This document shows, one piece after another, positions 12,125-24,440 of a stretch of DNA of 64,000 nucleotides. A program made the translations under genes and the position numbers. Under the pieces are notes generated by a model that saw only the letters and a program-made list of their open reading frames with translations, ran no database searches and was not told the DNA's origin. The first letter of the stretch is position 1. The number at the start of each line of letters is the position of its first letter. This stretch comes from Eledone cirrhosa (Eukaryota): the NCBI GenBank assembly GCA_964016885.1, contig OZ024742.1, positions 98,828,001-98,892,000 of the forward strand. The letters run 5' to 3'.

Positions 12125-15100
12125 TCAGTGTTTGGGCACCAAGGCCCACTCGAGCAAAGAGTTATTGTTTACGGATTCATATCCGGGTGTAGGAGGCTTA
12201 TCCGGGATTTCTTGAAGGAATTTATCCAAAGACTTCTTGAACTTGATGGGGTCTGTCTCTGCTTTGATGTGTTTTGGTGTAATGTTAAAGAGTGCAGGGC
12301 CAATTGAGGTGAAATAATTGTGCCGTATTGTTGTTATGTGATCCGAGTGGGATTTTTGACGTGGGCGGACAGCACGGGGCCCAAGCCTTGGGTGTATACT
12401 AAAGGTGATGCCAACATCATTTGGGCTAAGCTGATGGAATATTTTCCACATCATACAGATAATGTAGCGCTCTCAGCGACGTTGAAGAGAATAAAGTTTG
12501 AGCTTTTCTAATCGACCCCAATAGTCAAGGCTTGTCATGGCAACTATCTTTTTTGTAATTGACCTTTGGGGTGCTTAAACTTTCATGACATTTTATTTCG
12601 TGTGGGGTGATTACAGTGGACAACAGTATTCAAGGTGGGGTCGGGCAAATGTGGGGAAGAGAAGGACAACAGTGTGGATATCTCTCGACTGGAAAGTTCT
12701 GAGAATCCAGGAACACATTCTGCGGGCAATATCAACTTTGCTGTTTATATGAATGGCCCAGCTTATATTGTTGTCCACAATTACTCCTAGGTCTCTGATG
12801 TTATTGGAAGCCACTAGAGTTTCACCCGAAGGAAGAGAGTATGCTAGTTTCAGGGCATCCTTTTTTCCAAAGTGGATTAGCTCAAATTTATCCTCATTCA
12901 ACAGCATATTATTCATCTCTTCCCATTGGATAACAGCCAGTAGGTCTGACTGAAGGCAAGTCCGGTCACCCACCTCATTGATGACCCTTTGTACCTTGGA
13001 ATCATCTGCGAAGATTCTGATGTTACTGTGTTTGATGATGTCAGTAATGTCATTAATGTAGATGATGAAAAGAAGTGGGCCCAACACAGTGTCTTGTGGG
13101 ACGCCACTGCTGACATTGGCAGGGCTTCATTTTACTCCTTCGACTACTACATGGTGGGTTCTGCCTGTCAGGAAACATTTGATCCACTGTAGTAACCTTC
13201 CAGAGACACCAACATTGGATAGTTTTTTCAGTAGAATCTTATGATCAACCCTGTCGGGGGCCTTGCTGAAATCATGGTAGATGACATCAGTGTTGGAGCC
13301 CTCTCCCAAGGCTCTCAAAACATCTCCAAAGTGATGCAGGAGCTGCGTTAGGCAGTCCCTTCCATTACGGAACCTATGTTGGTTGGAGTTCAGCAGGCCG
13401 TTGCTTTCAAGAAAGTGGGTTATTCGTGATCTCACCACCCTCTCAAATACCTTGATAATATGAGAGGTGAGTGAGATCGAACGGTAGTTCACTGCAAGGG
13501 ACTTATTTCCATTTTAGAAAACTGGGACAACGGACTGGGACAGAAAGTTTTCAGGAATATAGCCAGTATCCAGTGAGTTCCTCCACAGATTAGCAAGAGG
13601 AGTTGCAAGTTGGTGTCGACACACCTTCAGGACACAAGCAGGGAACCTGTCGGGGCCTACTGCTGAATTGTGTTTAATTTCGTTTATCGCCGCTAAGACA
13701 TGAGGGGCGCCAAACGTTATGTCTGATATAGTGTGTTGGGGGTTAATATCACTGATACGGCCCAGATCGGCCATATCAGGGTTGCTGAAAACAGAGCAGT
13801 ATTGTTTATGCAGTATCTCGCCCATGGTTTTGGCATTGTCCTGGAGTGTGCCATTTTCATCAACTAGGGGGCCAACAGTAGAGACTTGTGTTTTTTAGCG
13901 AATGAGAAGAACACTTTGGGGTTGAGTTTGATTTTCTCAATGGCCCACCTCTCTTCAGCTATTCTCTGGTTATTGATGATGGTCATTATGCATTGCTGGA
14001 GGTTATATTTTTTTTATTCAAGCAGGGTGATAACCATTGAATGTGTGTGTTGCTGTTGGCAGTATTTTAGTGTGTTAATTTTTTTGTTTGTTCTTTTTAT
14101 TTTTCTAATAATTGTTTTTCTGTTTTGGGGGATACTGCACTTGGTTTTGTTCACAGGTTTTGATGGGGTGTGTTTTGTACATATATTTTTGACAGTGTCT
14201 ACAAAGATTTGCCAAGATGTTTTGATGTTGGTAGAAGTGCGTGCGTGTGTAAAAGACCAGTTGACATGCGATAGTTCGTTCATAATTGCATCCCAGTTGG
14301 CATTGTAGAGATCCATGTTATCAAATGGGTGGGCTGGAGAGAGGACCCTGGGATTAGCTTTCGGCTGGTAGAATCTTAGGTTACAAAGAACCATGTCATG
14401 GTCTGAGAGAGGGGTTTTTTCCACTGTAATATTATGTATAGTATTAGTGTGGTTACTAAACACTAGATCCAGAATGTTTTTATGATGCCTCGTTGGTGCA
14501 AGGACAAGTTGGGACAAGAAAAACTCATTCATGGTGTCAAGAAGTGACACGACAGCCTCTTTGTCAGTTGTTGAGGCTGTGGAATCTGGTTTCAAACTAC
14601 ATGTAGACCAATCGACACAGGGTAGATTAAAGTCTCCCATCAAAAGTATGTTGCTAGAATGGCTCTGTTTAATAAAGCATTTAACATTGTTGAGGCATTC
14701 TTTGAAACAGATTATGGTTGTTTGTGGCGGCCTATAGAGCCCAACTAATATCAGGTCATTGGCGTTATTGTGCACAGTGACTGATTCACAGTATCCATTA
14801 GAGAATGTTGTGTTACCATCTGCCGTAAAGGAATCATGCAGGAAAATGGCAGTTCCACCCTTCCTTTTGCCAACACGATTCGCACGGATGGTTGTAAAAT
14901 TTCATACTCTTAATTCGGCCTCCAAGTGGGAGTTGCCAAGGTGGGTCTCAGTAAGAATGAAGAAGGGGATGTGAAATGGATGGTTACCAACCCAATTCTC
15001 AATGAATTGGATCTTCCTTTTCTGTGCATTGATGGTTGGGCTGATACCTTGTGTATTGAGTAAGAATGTGGAGGCTAGTGTGGTGGCTGGTGACTGTTGC

Positions 15101-15138
15101 AGGGGGCATGTTTTGTGATTGTGTGTTAGTGACAGCAA
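12125..15138 (-). pseudogene. LINE ORF2 (APE endonuclease + reverse transcriptase), fragmented
   Basis: ORF pieces 14902-15138, 14014-14775, 13514-13825, 13127-13492, 12611-13087 and 12125-12454 are colinear. Confidence 0.9.
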
Positions 15139-15413
15139 GGTTGGTGTTGGGTGATGGCTAAAGTGTTTTTCTCTATCTCTTTTGCCAGGTTCATGGTTAA
15201 AAAAGAAAGATTTTTTTTTGGTTCAGGGAGCAGTTTTTGATTGGATTTGTGGTTACAACATTGGATAGGGTTGCAGTTCCCTCTTTTGTTGTTGTTTTTG
15301 TATTTGTTGTAATTGTGTCTTTGTGAAAAGACTGGAGCAGCGTTATTTTTGTTGTTGTTGTATTTGTTGTTGTTGTGATCGTGTCTTTGTGACAAGACTG
15401 GAGCGGTGTTACT

Positions 15414-15962
15414 TTAGTTGTTTTTCTTGTTGTAATCATGTCTTTGTGAGGAGACTGGAGCAGCATTACCGCAGCAGGGGATGGCTTTATTGTGGTTTGT
15501 GGGTTGGCAAGAAGCCCCTTTTCTGTTCGTGCGTTGTGTCCCAGGAAGATGAGTGAAGGGACAGTCAGTCAGCAGACATAGCCTCTCACGTTGGGAATGT
15601 TGGCAGATTTTGGGACTGCGACCTATACGTGCAGACAGCATACTTTGGTGATGGCTGACAGTGTTAGTGCGCCTAGTACCCGGTAAATGAGTAAATATAC
15701 AGACGCTACGTGTGCATAGCTTCTGACGTAGTGAGTAGCGGCATATTTGGGGGTTTCTAGTATGTGTATTGCATACAGCTCCATATAACTTTTTTATAGT
15801 TATTTTGACTATGGCATGGCTTTGGTGGTGATGACAACTGTGGTGGGAGAGGGAGCAGTGGTCCGTTACTAGCAGTTGGTGTAGGTGTGGCAGGAGATGG
15901 TGACCGTGGTGATGGTGATGGCGATAATGATGGATGAGTGAGTGGCTGAGTGATACTGTCAT
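15414..15962 (-). pseudogene. Probable LINE ORF1 fragment with two CCCH zinc fingers
   Basis: ICRYSLRQKLCTRSVCIFTH and ICQHSQRERLCLLTDCPFTH (C-x8-C-x4-C-x3-H), directly upstream of the APE domain. Confidence 0.65.
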
Positions 15963-16319
15963 TTAGTAGCGATTATGCTTGAATTCAGTAGTGGTTGCTC
16001 CTGGCTTTCTGGCTGTTATTGTTGTTGTTGTTGTGTTTGTCCATTAGAGTAAATATATCGAAGTTTTTCAAAGTTATTTTGAATTAGTTTGAATTAGCAG
16101 ATCTCGTCGTAAATGTTTGGGTTGTTTTTTCAGCAATTTCATTCAGACATGACGCGTTAATATTTCATGTTTGTGACAGAGAAAACCATTTGTTTATTAA
16201 GAGGACAATTTCATTTTCAGACCAATTTCGTCCGTTGTGGGTTTGCTGGTCAGTAGTCATATTTATTCATTTATTTTTTTATTATCCTTGTGTGCGTTTT
16301 AAGATATTTGTTATTTGAT

Positions 16320-16362
16320 ACGTGAGTGAGACTTTGGTTATTTGAAGAAATTAAAGAATCGC

Positions 16363-16410
<48 letters not shown>

Positions 16411-16560
16411 TCTCTTATAGATGTCAATTTGGTTGTTTGAGGATGTTAATAGTTTTTGGTTATTTGGTTGTTTGAAGATATCCAACGAAAAACGAGTGTA
16501 TATATTATATTATTTGATATAACGGGTGTATATAATATTATTTGAAGAAATTAAAAAATC

Positions 16561-16603
<43 letters not shown>

Positions 16604-17000
16604 CTCTCTTATGGATGTGAATTTGGTTGTTCGAGGATGTTAATAGTTTTTGGTTATTTGGTTGTTTGAAGATATCCAAGGAAAAACGAGTGTATATAAT
16701 AGTTTGTAGTTAAGAAGACTTACTTGCGAGTTTGTAGGGAAAGCACGTGTATTTGTATATACTTTTTTTCCCTATGTGAGTGAGCCTTTGGTTATTTGAA
16801 GATATAAAGGTAGTGTATATATAGATGTGTATTCTCTTTTATGGATGTGAGATATGGTTATTTTTGTTTTTTAAGATTGTTAAAAGTTTTTGGTTATTTG
16901 GTCGTTTGAAGATATTAAGAGAAAAACGAATGTATATAATAATCTGTAGTTATGAAAACGTATTTACTTACGAGTTGTTAGGAAAAGCACGTGGTTACAA
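16320..17000. repeat. Three-unit degenerate tandem repeat (about 200-250 bp)
   Basis: ttatttgaaga..., gtttttggttatttggt.gtttgaagatat and gaaaaacga.tgtatata recur three times. Confidence 0.75.
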
Positions 17001-17319
17001 GTATATACAAAGTCGTTGGGACACCTAACCGTACGGAATTCCTTCCTTGCTCATATTCCAACCAGGTTTGATGGTCTTTATTTTCTCTCGTTCACGATTT
17101 CACCAAATTTAAATTCATAGAAATTTGGGACTTGACTCCTTCTTCCTCATTTTTCGTTGCTTCACTATCTTTGTTTGTTTACACTCGTGTCTCCTTTATT
17201 TACGTGTCCCAACGACTTTTTTTTAGCCGTTGCTCGCACCAACTGGAGGTATATGGTCTTTAAAGTGATGAAATACCAATGATGGTTGGAAGATCACTGA
17301 TGAAGGATTAACTTTATTC

Positions 17320-17458
<139 letters not shown>

Positions 17459-17802
17459 ATAGTTGTAGAACACTGGAAAGTAAAATCCGTAGTGGGAGAG
17501 CACTCAGTCCATGGGATGAGTTAGGTGAACTAACTGTTGTGTAACCACTACTATATATACATATATATATATATATATATTAGTAATAAGTATTAGTTAG
17601 TATTCGGTTTTTAGTTTTAAATTTTTACCAGTTAAAACTAAAAACTGAATACTAACTAATACTTATTACTAATTTATACTTATTTCTAATTAAACTATTT
17701 TTCACTGGGAAACATTTATCAGCATTTTCTTTTCCTTTTTACTAATATATCACAACTCGTGTATCACACCTATATTTTAAATATATATATATATATAAAT
17801 AT

Positions 17803-17920
17803 ATAATTGTTTCTACATTTGGCACAAGGCCAGCAATAATCCAGTGCATTACTGGTACTTTATTTTATCGACCCCGTTAAGATGAAAGGTAAAGTTAACC
17901 TAGGTGGGATATGAACTCAG
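17803..17920 (-). mobile_element. 5'-truncated SINE copy
   Basis: ataattgtttctacatttggcacaaggccagc...gatgaaaggtaaagttaacc. Confidence 0.8.
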
Positions 17921-18239
17921 AGTGGCAAGTTATATATTATATATAAATATATAATATATAGAAATGTGTGTGTGAGTGTATGTGTGTGTGTGTGCGTGCG
18001 TGCGCGCGCATGTGTGTGTGTGTCGGTGTGTGTGTGTATGTGCACATGTGGTATCACGATTGGTGGGAGTAAAATCAGTCGGCTGGATTTTTCAGACGGC
18101 ATGGTGCTACTTCAGGCGACTGAAAATAATCTGTGACTTGCACTTGATAGGTCTGATGCTGAGTGCTGCTTGGCTGGAAGGAAAATATATACTACGAAAT
18201 CTGAGAGACTCGTCCTCTCAAGGAAGCCTGCGCAATGCA

Positions 18240-18670
18240 CTCTACATCTGAATGGAGTTTCTCTGATGCAAGTAGATAAGTTCAACTATCTCGTGGCCGA
18301 TTGATGAAATGAGTGAGATTGAAATAATTTCAAGAATAGCAGGGAGTGGAGCAGTAAATAATGCGCGATCTTCATCACTCGGTAATCAGAAGATGGGAGT
18401 TTTGCTTAAAAACCTAACTAACAATTTTCAATTCGATATGTGTGCTAACCCTTTCTTATGGTCATCAATCTTAGGTAGTGACCGAGAGAATACGCTCACG
18501 ATTACAAGCGAGGAAAATGGGATTCCGCCGAATGGTTTTTGGTGTATCGTTACGCAATAAAGTACGTAGCTCGGAGATTAGAGAGTCACGCCAGGTATAG
18601 CTGCTACTTCTCCGAATTGAAAAGATCACAGCTCTGATACTATGGGCATGTGATAAGAATGTCTCTCTAT
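18240..18670 (+). pseudogene. Decayed RTE-clade LINE 3' fragment
   Basis: NGVSLMQVDKFNYL and EIEIISRIA, followed by a decayed L.YYGHVIRM-like segment. Confidence 0.55.
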
Positions 18671-20192
18671 TCCTTTAGAAGTTCCATGATGAATGGTTCA
18701 GTGTTCTAGGACAACAGATGCCCTCCCACCACCACCACTATAGTGGTAAGTGCAAACCTATGGTAAAGCAGGCGGTACTTCAAAGGTTTGATATCTTCGG
18801 ATTTGGGGCGCAAGAAAACTGTAATATTGGTCTGTCGCTGAAATTTACTGGTTGCTCCTGTGGATTCTATCGCTGCATATTGCGCCCCAGATGATGGAAT
18901 ACCACCACTGAAAGGGATAATTGTGATACCATCAAGTTGGTGCCAGTATTATCTTTACTTCGATATATTGACATTAAATAGCATGCAAGCTGCTTCCATG
19001 TGTTTACACATCTCATAACTAGTCGGTTAAAACAAATGTATACGTGTCGAAAATAAAGAAAAACAATAATGAGTTATGACTTACTAAATATATACCGCCT
19101 GGAGGAAATCCGAGAAGAGTTTTAACAAACATCAATAAATGTACCAATTATCTAAATCATCGCATATCATGAACCGAATTCCGTTATCAGGAAATTCGCA
19201 TGTTAAATTTCCATTGAAAGTTGTGAAGCGGAAAACTCAAACATATATAAACGGAATGGAATATTATAGATGCAATACTTATTAGAAAAAAAAAAAAAAA
19301 AACATATAAAAATAATAGATTCATTATATCGGATACCTAATTTCAGGGGCGGAATTATTCAAATACAAACAAATCTTTACTAGATATGATGACTAATTTG
19401 AAAAGAGCCATCAAACCAACATACAACGAAATTTCGAATCAAATAAGATTTTATAACTGTCTGCGAATATATTTTGTGTAGAAAAAATATTTTAATAAAA
19501 AGATAAACTTAGCCACATACAATTGATCTAACAATCTAAAAGAATATTTAAAAAGAATTTATATATTATAAACGAAACTACTACATAGTGTGAAATTTAG
19601 CGAAAATGAAAAAGAAATATATGAATAGTTTATATATTACATCGAACTGTTTCTTTGCCAATCCCCACGATAGCGTGTGTAAAAATAAAATATTAAAACT
19701 AAACATCTTTGTAGATAAATACGAATTATAACAGACTCGATGCTCCGCAAATAATACAACGATCTGTTTTGTTTTGTATTATATAGCTTTGAATATATCG
19801 ACTGTTTAGAAATCAATTACAATATAGTGATATCTGAATAACATTCAGTCAAATTAAGTCTCTTCAAGAGCCTCTAAGTTCGAATCAATGGAAATTAAAT
19901 AATTTATGGAAATTGGTCAGAAAAGCAGTATCGATAAGCTGATATAGGAGAATATTTTAAGGTGTTAAAGTTTTAATTCAAATCAATTTGTCAAATGTGG
20001 TGTCAAATGATGAAAAATCTATTTTTATATAAAGATGTAGTTAAATAATGAAGTATTTTCAAGTTTGTTTAGCTATACACGTTGAGAACGTCAGACTCAT
20101 ATAAAACACAAAGTAAGTATCGAGTTACACAGTTTAAAACTTTCTATACGCCTCATTTATTTTGATCAGGTGAACAATATATTTATTGATTT

Positions 20193-20384
20193 ATAATTGT
20201 TTCTACTTTAGGCTCAAGGCCAGCAATTACCCAGTGCATTACTGGTACTATATTTTATCGACCCCGTAAGGATGAAAGGCAAAGTCAACCTCGGCGGGAT
20301 TTGAACTCAGATCGTAAAGGGACGTAACTATGCTGGAAAGCATGGCGTCCGACCCTCTACCGATACTGCCAATCAACCGCCCTT
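20193..20384 (-). mobile_element. Full-length tRNA/Meta-like SINE
   Basis: Complete from head (agggcggttgattggcagtatcggtag) to tail. The similar flanks tttattgatttataatt and tttattaatttataat may be a TSD. Confidence 0.9.
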
Positions 20385-21166
20385 ATTTATTAATTTATAA
20401 TAATTGCAGATAATGTTTAATTGGAAGATCGATTCCCCAAGGGATTCGGTGATGAGTGTTCAGTTATTTGCTCAAATGGCTCTCCATTTAATGAATGTGT
20501 ACGTGGTTGAGTATTCTACGTACACGAGTGCGCTAAATAATATTCTCAGACAAAATCAGTGTGACACTATGTGATAAGTCTGGACATGACATTTTCAATT
20601 CCAATTCATACAACAGCATTTCACGCAGTTTCCATCTTCTGAATGCAACGCAAATGTTTGGGTATATCCGAAATTATAATAAAGGCATATTTGAGAAGTG
20701 ATGGAATTCGCAATAGAAAATCTTGTAAAATCCTAGGCAGAGTCTAACCCAGATACAGGGTTAGACTCTGCCTAGGATTTGTCCCAGAACAATGCAAAAT
20801 TGAGGATTCATTCATAGAAGATAGTGTTTATCATTCTACTTTTAACTCCCAGTATATCGCAATTTTCACACAGCATTCGAAATCTTTTATGGTAAGTACT
20901 TAACCTAAAATGATATTACGATTCTTATATGTATTCTACAATGCATTTATATATATTTATGAACGCATACATAAAGTATGTTTAAAAATTATTATTTGAA
21001 AGCATAAACGTCGTTGTGGTTCTTGATTGTTTTTGTTTAGTTTGGTCTGTTATGTTTCTTTTTTTTTTAAATTAGCTTCGTATAACATCTCATTATCTAC
21101 CAATCATCTATCTATTTTTCTCCAACTCTCTCTCTCTCTGTCTCTCTCTGTCTCTCTCTGTCTCTC

Positions 21167-21199
<33 letters not shown>

Positions 21200-22113
21200 T
21201 CCTCTCTTCCTCTCTCTCTCACTCTCTCTCTCTCCTTTCGCTCATTGTATATATATATATACATATATATATATGTATATATATATATATATGTGTGTGC
21301 GTGTGCGTGCGTGTGTGTGTGTGCGCGCGCGCGTAGTGTGTGTGTTTACACATATGGTGCGTGGTGTCAGTGAATGGTAAACATATATATCTATATATGA
21401 ATCATATATATGAGTGGGGGAAGGTGAATTCAGGTATTGAAATGTTAAGCTTACTTCAATTTCATTCAGCAAACTGTCACCTATTTATTAGTCAAATAGC
21501 AATTAACGAGTCTGGGAACATTAATGTCCGTAGCCTTAAGACAGAAGAACATAAAGCCTATCACGATACTTCTGTGATACGATTTACCATTACCAGAATG
21601 GCACTAGGTGAAGCAGATGAGGAACCTCGAATGGTATTTCGTTTATTTCGTTTTATCGATGATTTAAAGTAGGTTAAGTTATCAGATTAATGGGTGAAGT
21701 ATTTTATAATGTTATACACGGTCTATTTCCGTGACCTACTCATGTCAGCTTTGTAGCGTATTCCTATATGTATGTATTCTTATATGTATGTATGTATGTA
21801 TTTATGTATGTATGTATGTATGTATGTATGTATGTATGTATGTATGTATGTATGTATGTATACATATATATAGATAGATATACACCCACACCCACACACA
21901 TACACCAACACACACACCCATACATATATATATATATATATAAAGATTTCGCGTTGACATAGTTGTATATATGTATGTATATGAATTTCGTATATATAAT
22001 GATATACGGTATGTTTACGAAAAAATACTTGGAAAACATTCTATACATGAATATTGAAAGGTTGACTGCTAGCGCCGTCTAGCAGATTCCAGAATAAGCA
22101 GCGTTGTGCAACT

Positions 22114-22151
22114 TTCTATAGGCATTTCAAGCTCTGGCTATCATCAGTAAA
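22114..22151 (-). ncRNA. Minimal hammerhead motif
   Basis: ttta CTGATGA t agc caga gct t GAAA tgcct a taga. Confidence 0.55.
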
Positions 22152-22438
22152 CTACTCTATGTGAGAATTGAATTTTCTAATTTCAAGTTGTGCCAACTTA
22201 TACAGCTCCATAGACAAATGAGGCGAATCAGCCCATCTACACCAACAGAGGGCCGGGAAAGCACTGCCCTGATTATGGCAAGAAAGGCATTGACAGTCGT
22301 CCACCGTTACCTCTCCTGGAATCCGGTAGATGGCACTAACCGTCGGCGTTTCAATATTCATAGCTAGAAGGCTTTCCAAAATATTATTGGTAAACATACC
22401 GTGTATCATTACATATTCGAAACTCACATACACATAGA

Positions 22439-22482
<44 letters not shown>

Positions 22483-22745
22483 AAAAAATAGAGGTGTGAC
22501 AAATGAGTTGTGATATATTAGGAAAAAGGAAAAGAAAATGCTGACAAATTTTTCCCAGGGAAAAATAGTTTTATTAGGAATAAGTATAAATTAGCAATAA
22601 GTATTGGTTAGTATTCAGTTTTAGTTTTAAGCTTTTACCGGTTGCGCATTTCTATTGCTTTTCAAAATTAATTTTGAGTTAGAGCGCTCGTGATGTCTGC
22701 TCATATTAGACAAACATCTTTCTCAGCATTTTCATTTCCTTTTTA

Positions 22746-22838
<93 letters not shown>

Positions 22839-22897
22839 GTATATATATAATGTTAATAATAAAAATGACAATTTGTTAAGTCTTCATAACGTTTATC

Positions 22898-22984
22898 GAG
22901 TTGTGACAAGCGTTTCGCTATTTATCAACTCTTTGTTCGATCTGTATCCAGCATGACTCTGGAATCAGAAGCTCATCGGAACTC
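22898..22984 (-). ncRNA. Degenerate hammerhead motif (U4C, long loop II)
   Basis: gagtt CCGATGA gct...agc GAAA cgctt GTC acaactc. Confidence 0.45.
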
Positions 22985-23215
22985 TGTTGTATATATATAT
23001 CTATAAATATGTATGATGTTGATAATATATTTCGTGTTGTTTCGTTATGACTGATGGTGACGGTGGTATGGTCACCTTGCGGCTGTACGGCCGTGGCCTT
23101 ATTTGTTCACGATATATATATATATAGTATTAATTGTTTCTATTTTAGGCACAAGGCCAGCAATTACGCAGTACATTACTGGTACTTTATGTTATATATA
23201 TATAATAATAATAAT

Positions 23216-23258
<43 letters not shown>

Positions 23259-23272
23259 TATATATTATTATT

Positions 23273-23344
<72 letters not shown>

Positions 23345-23385
23345 TATATATTATTATTATTATATATATATATATATATAATTAT

Positions 23386-23444
<59 letters not shown>

Positions 23445-23506
23445 TTATTATTATATATATATATATATATATAATTATTATTATATATATATATATTATT
23501 ATTATT

Positions 23507-23577
<71 letters not shown>

Positions 23578-23911
23578 AATTATTATTATATATATAAATA
23601 TATATATATATATATAATATATATATATAATAATAATATATATATATATACATACATATAAGTGTGTGTGTGTTTATGTATATATATATATATATATAGT
23701 AATTTTCATACCAAAAATTGCCAAGCACTCAATCCGAGGGATGAGTTGTAATATATAAAATTTAGTTAAATGACATTTCCTCTATTGAATATACGCGTTT
23801 CAGTGCTCCTCTCTCCACATCTTCGTTATGGATATTCTTAGAATTAAAGTTCTACTAGGGAATTCACATGGAGGAGGAGATAACTTTGGGCGTTCGATTG
23901 TCAACCATATA

Positions 23912-24106
23912 AGGGCGTAGTGGATTGGCTGTATCGGCAGAGGGTGGGACGCCATTCTTTGACGCATAGAGTTACGGCCCTTGCCATTCTGAGTTCAAAT
24001 CCCGCCAAGGTTAAATTTGCCTTTCATCCTTACGGGGTCGATAAAATAAAGTACCAGTAATGCTCTGAGTAATTGCTGGCCTTGTGTCAAAAGTAGAAAC
24101 AATTAT
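23912..24106 (+). mobile_element. Full-length tRNA/Meta-like SINE
   Basis: agggcgtagtggattggctgtatcgg...gagttcaaatcccgcc...gtagaaacaattatt. Confidence 0.9.
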
Positions 24107-24298
24107 TCTTTCGTCGGTTTGTGCAAAATAGAACAATTTTGTTCGTGTATAAGTTTGAGGAATCTAATATATTGACTTGAAAACATATAGTAGGATGTTT
24201 ATCTAAAATGCTTCTCGCATGCTTTGATACATACAGATTCCGAGATAGAGTGCTCCTTTATTCTTTCTGTTTATGATGTAGTATCTAACAATGATGTT

Positions 24299-24440
<142 letters not shown>

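Larger units (their letters stand above)
12038..16300 (-). mobile_element. Near full-length decayed CR1-group LINE (ORF1 with CCCH fingers, APE, RT)
   Basis: APE motifs LNTQG, LTETHL, LYRPP, MGDFNLP, ILDLVF and SDHD. RT motifs GPD, NYRSISLTS, DFSKAPDRVDH, LGPLLFIIYIND, FADD and RDLGV. The 3' end has a hairpin and short repeats (atcaaagtt)2 next to (TA)n. Many stops and frameshifts; the 5' limit is approximate. Confidence 0.85.

Noticed and set aside
15290-15470. CRISPR-like repeat-spacer pattern
   Set aside because: Degenerate minisatellite inside a LINE, with similar (GTT)-rich spacers, no cas genes, and a eukaryotic context.
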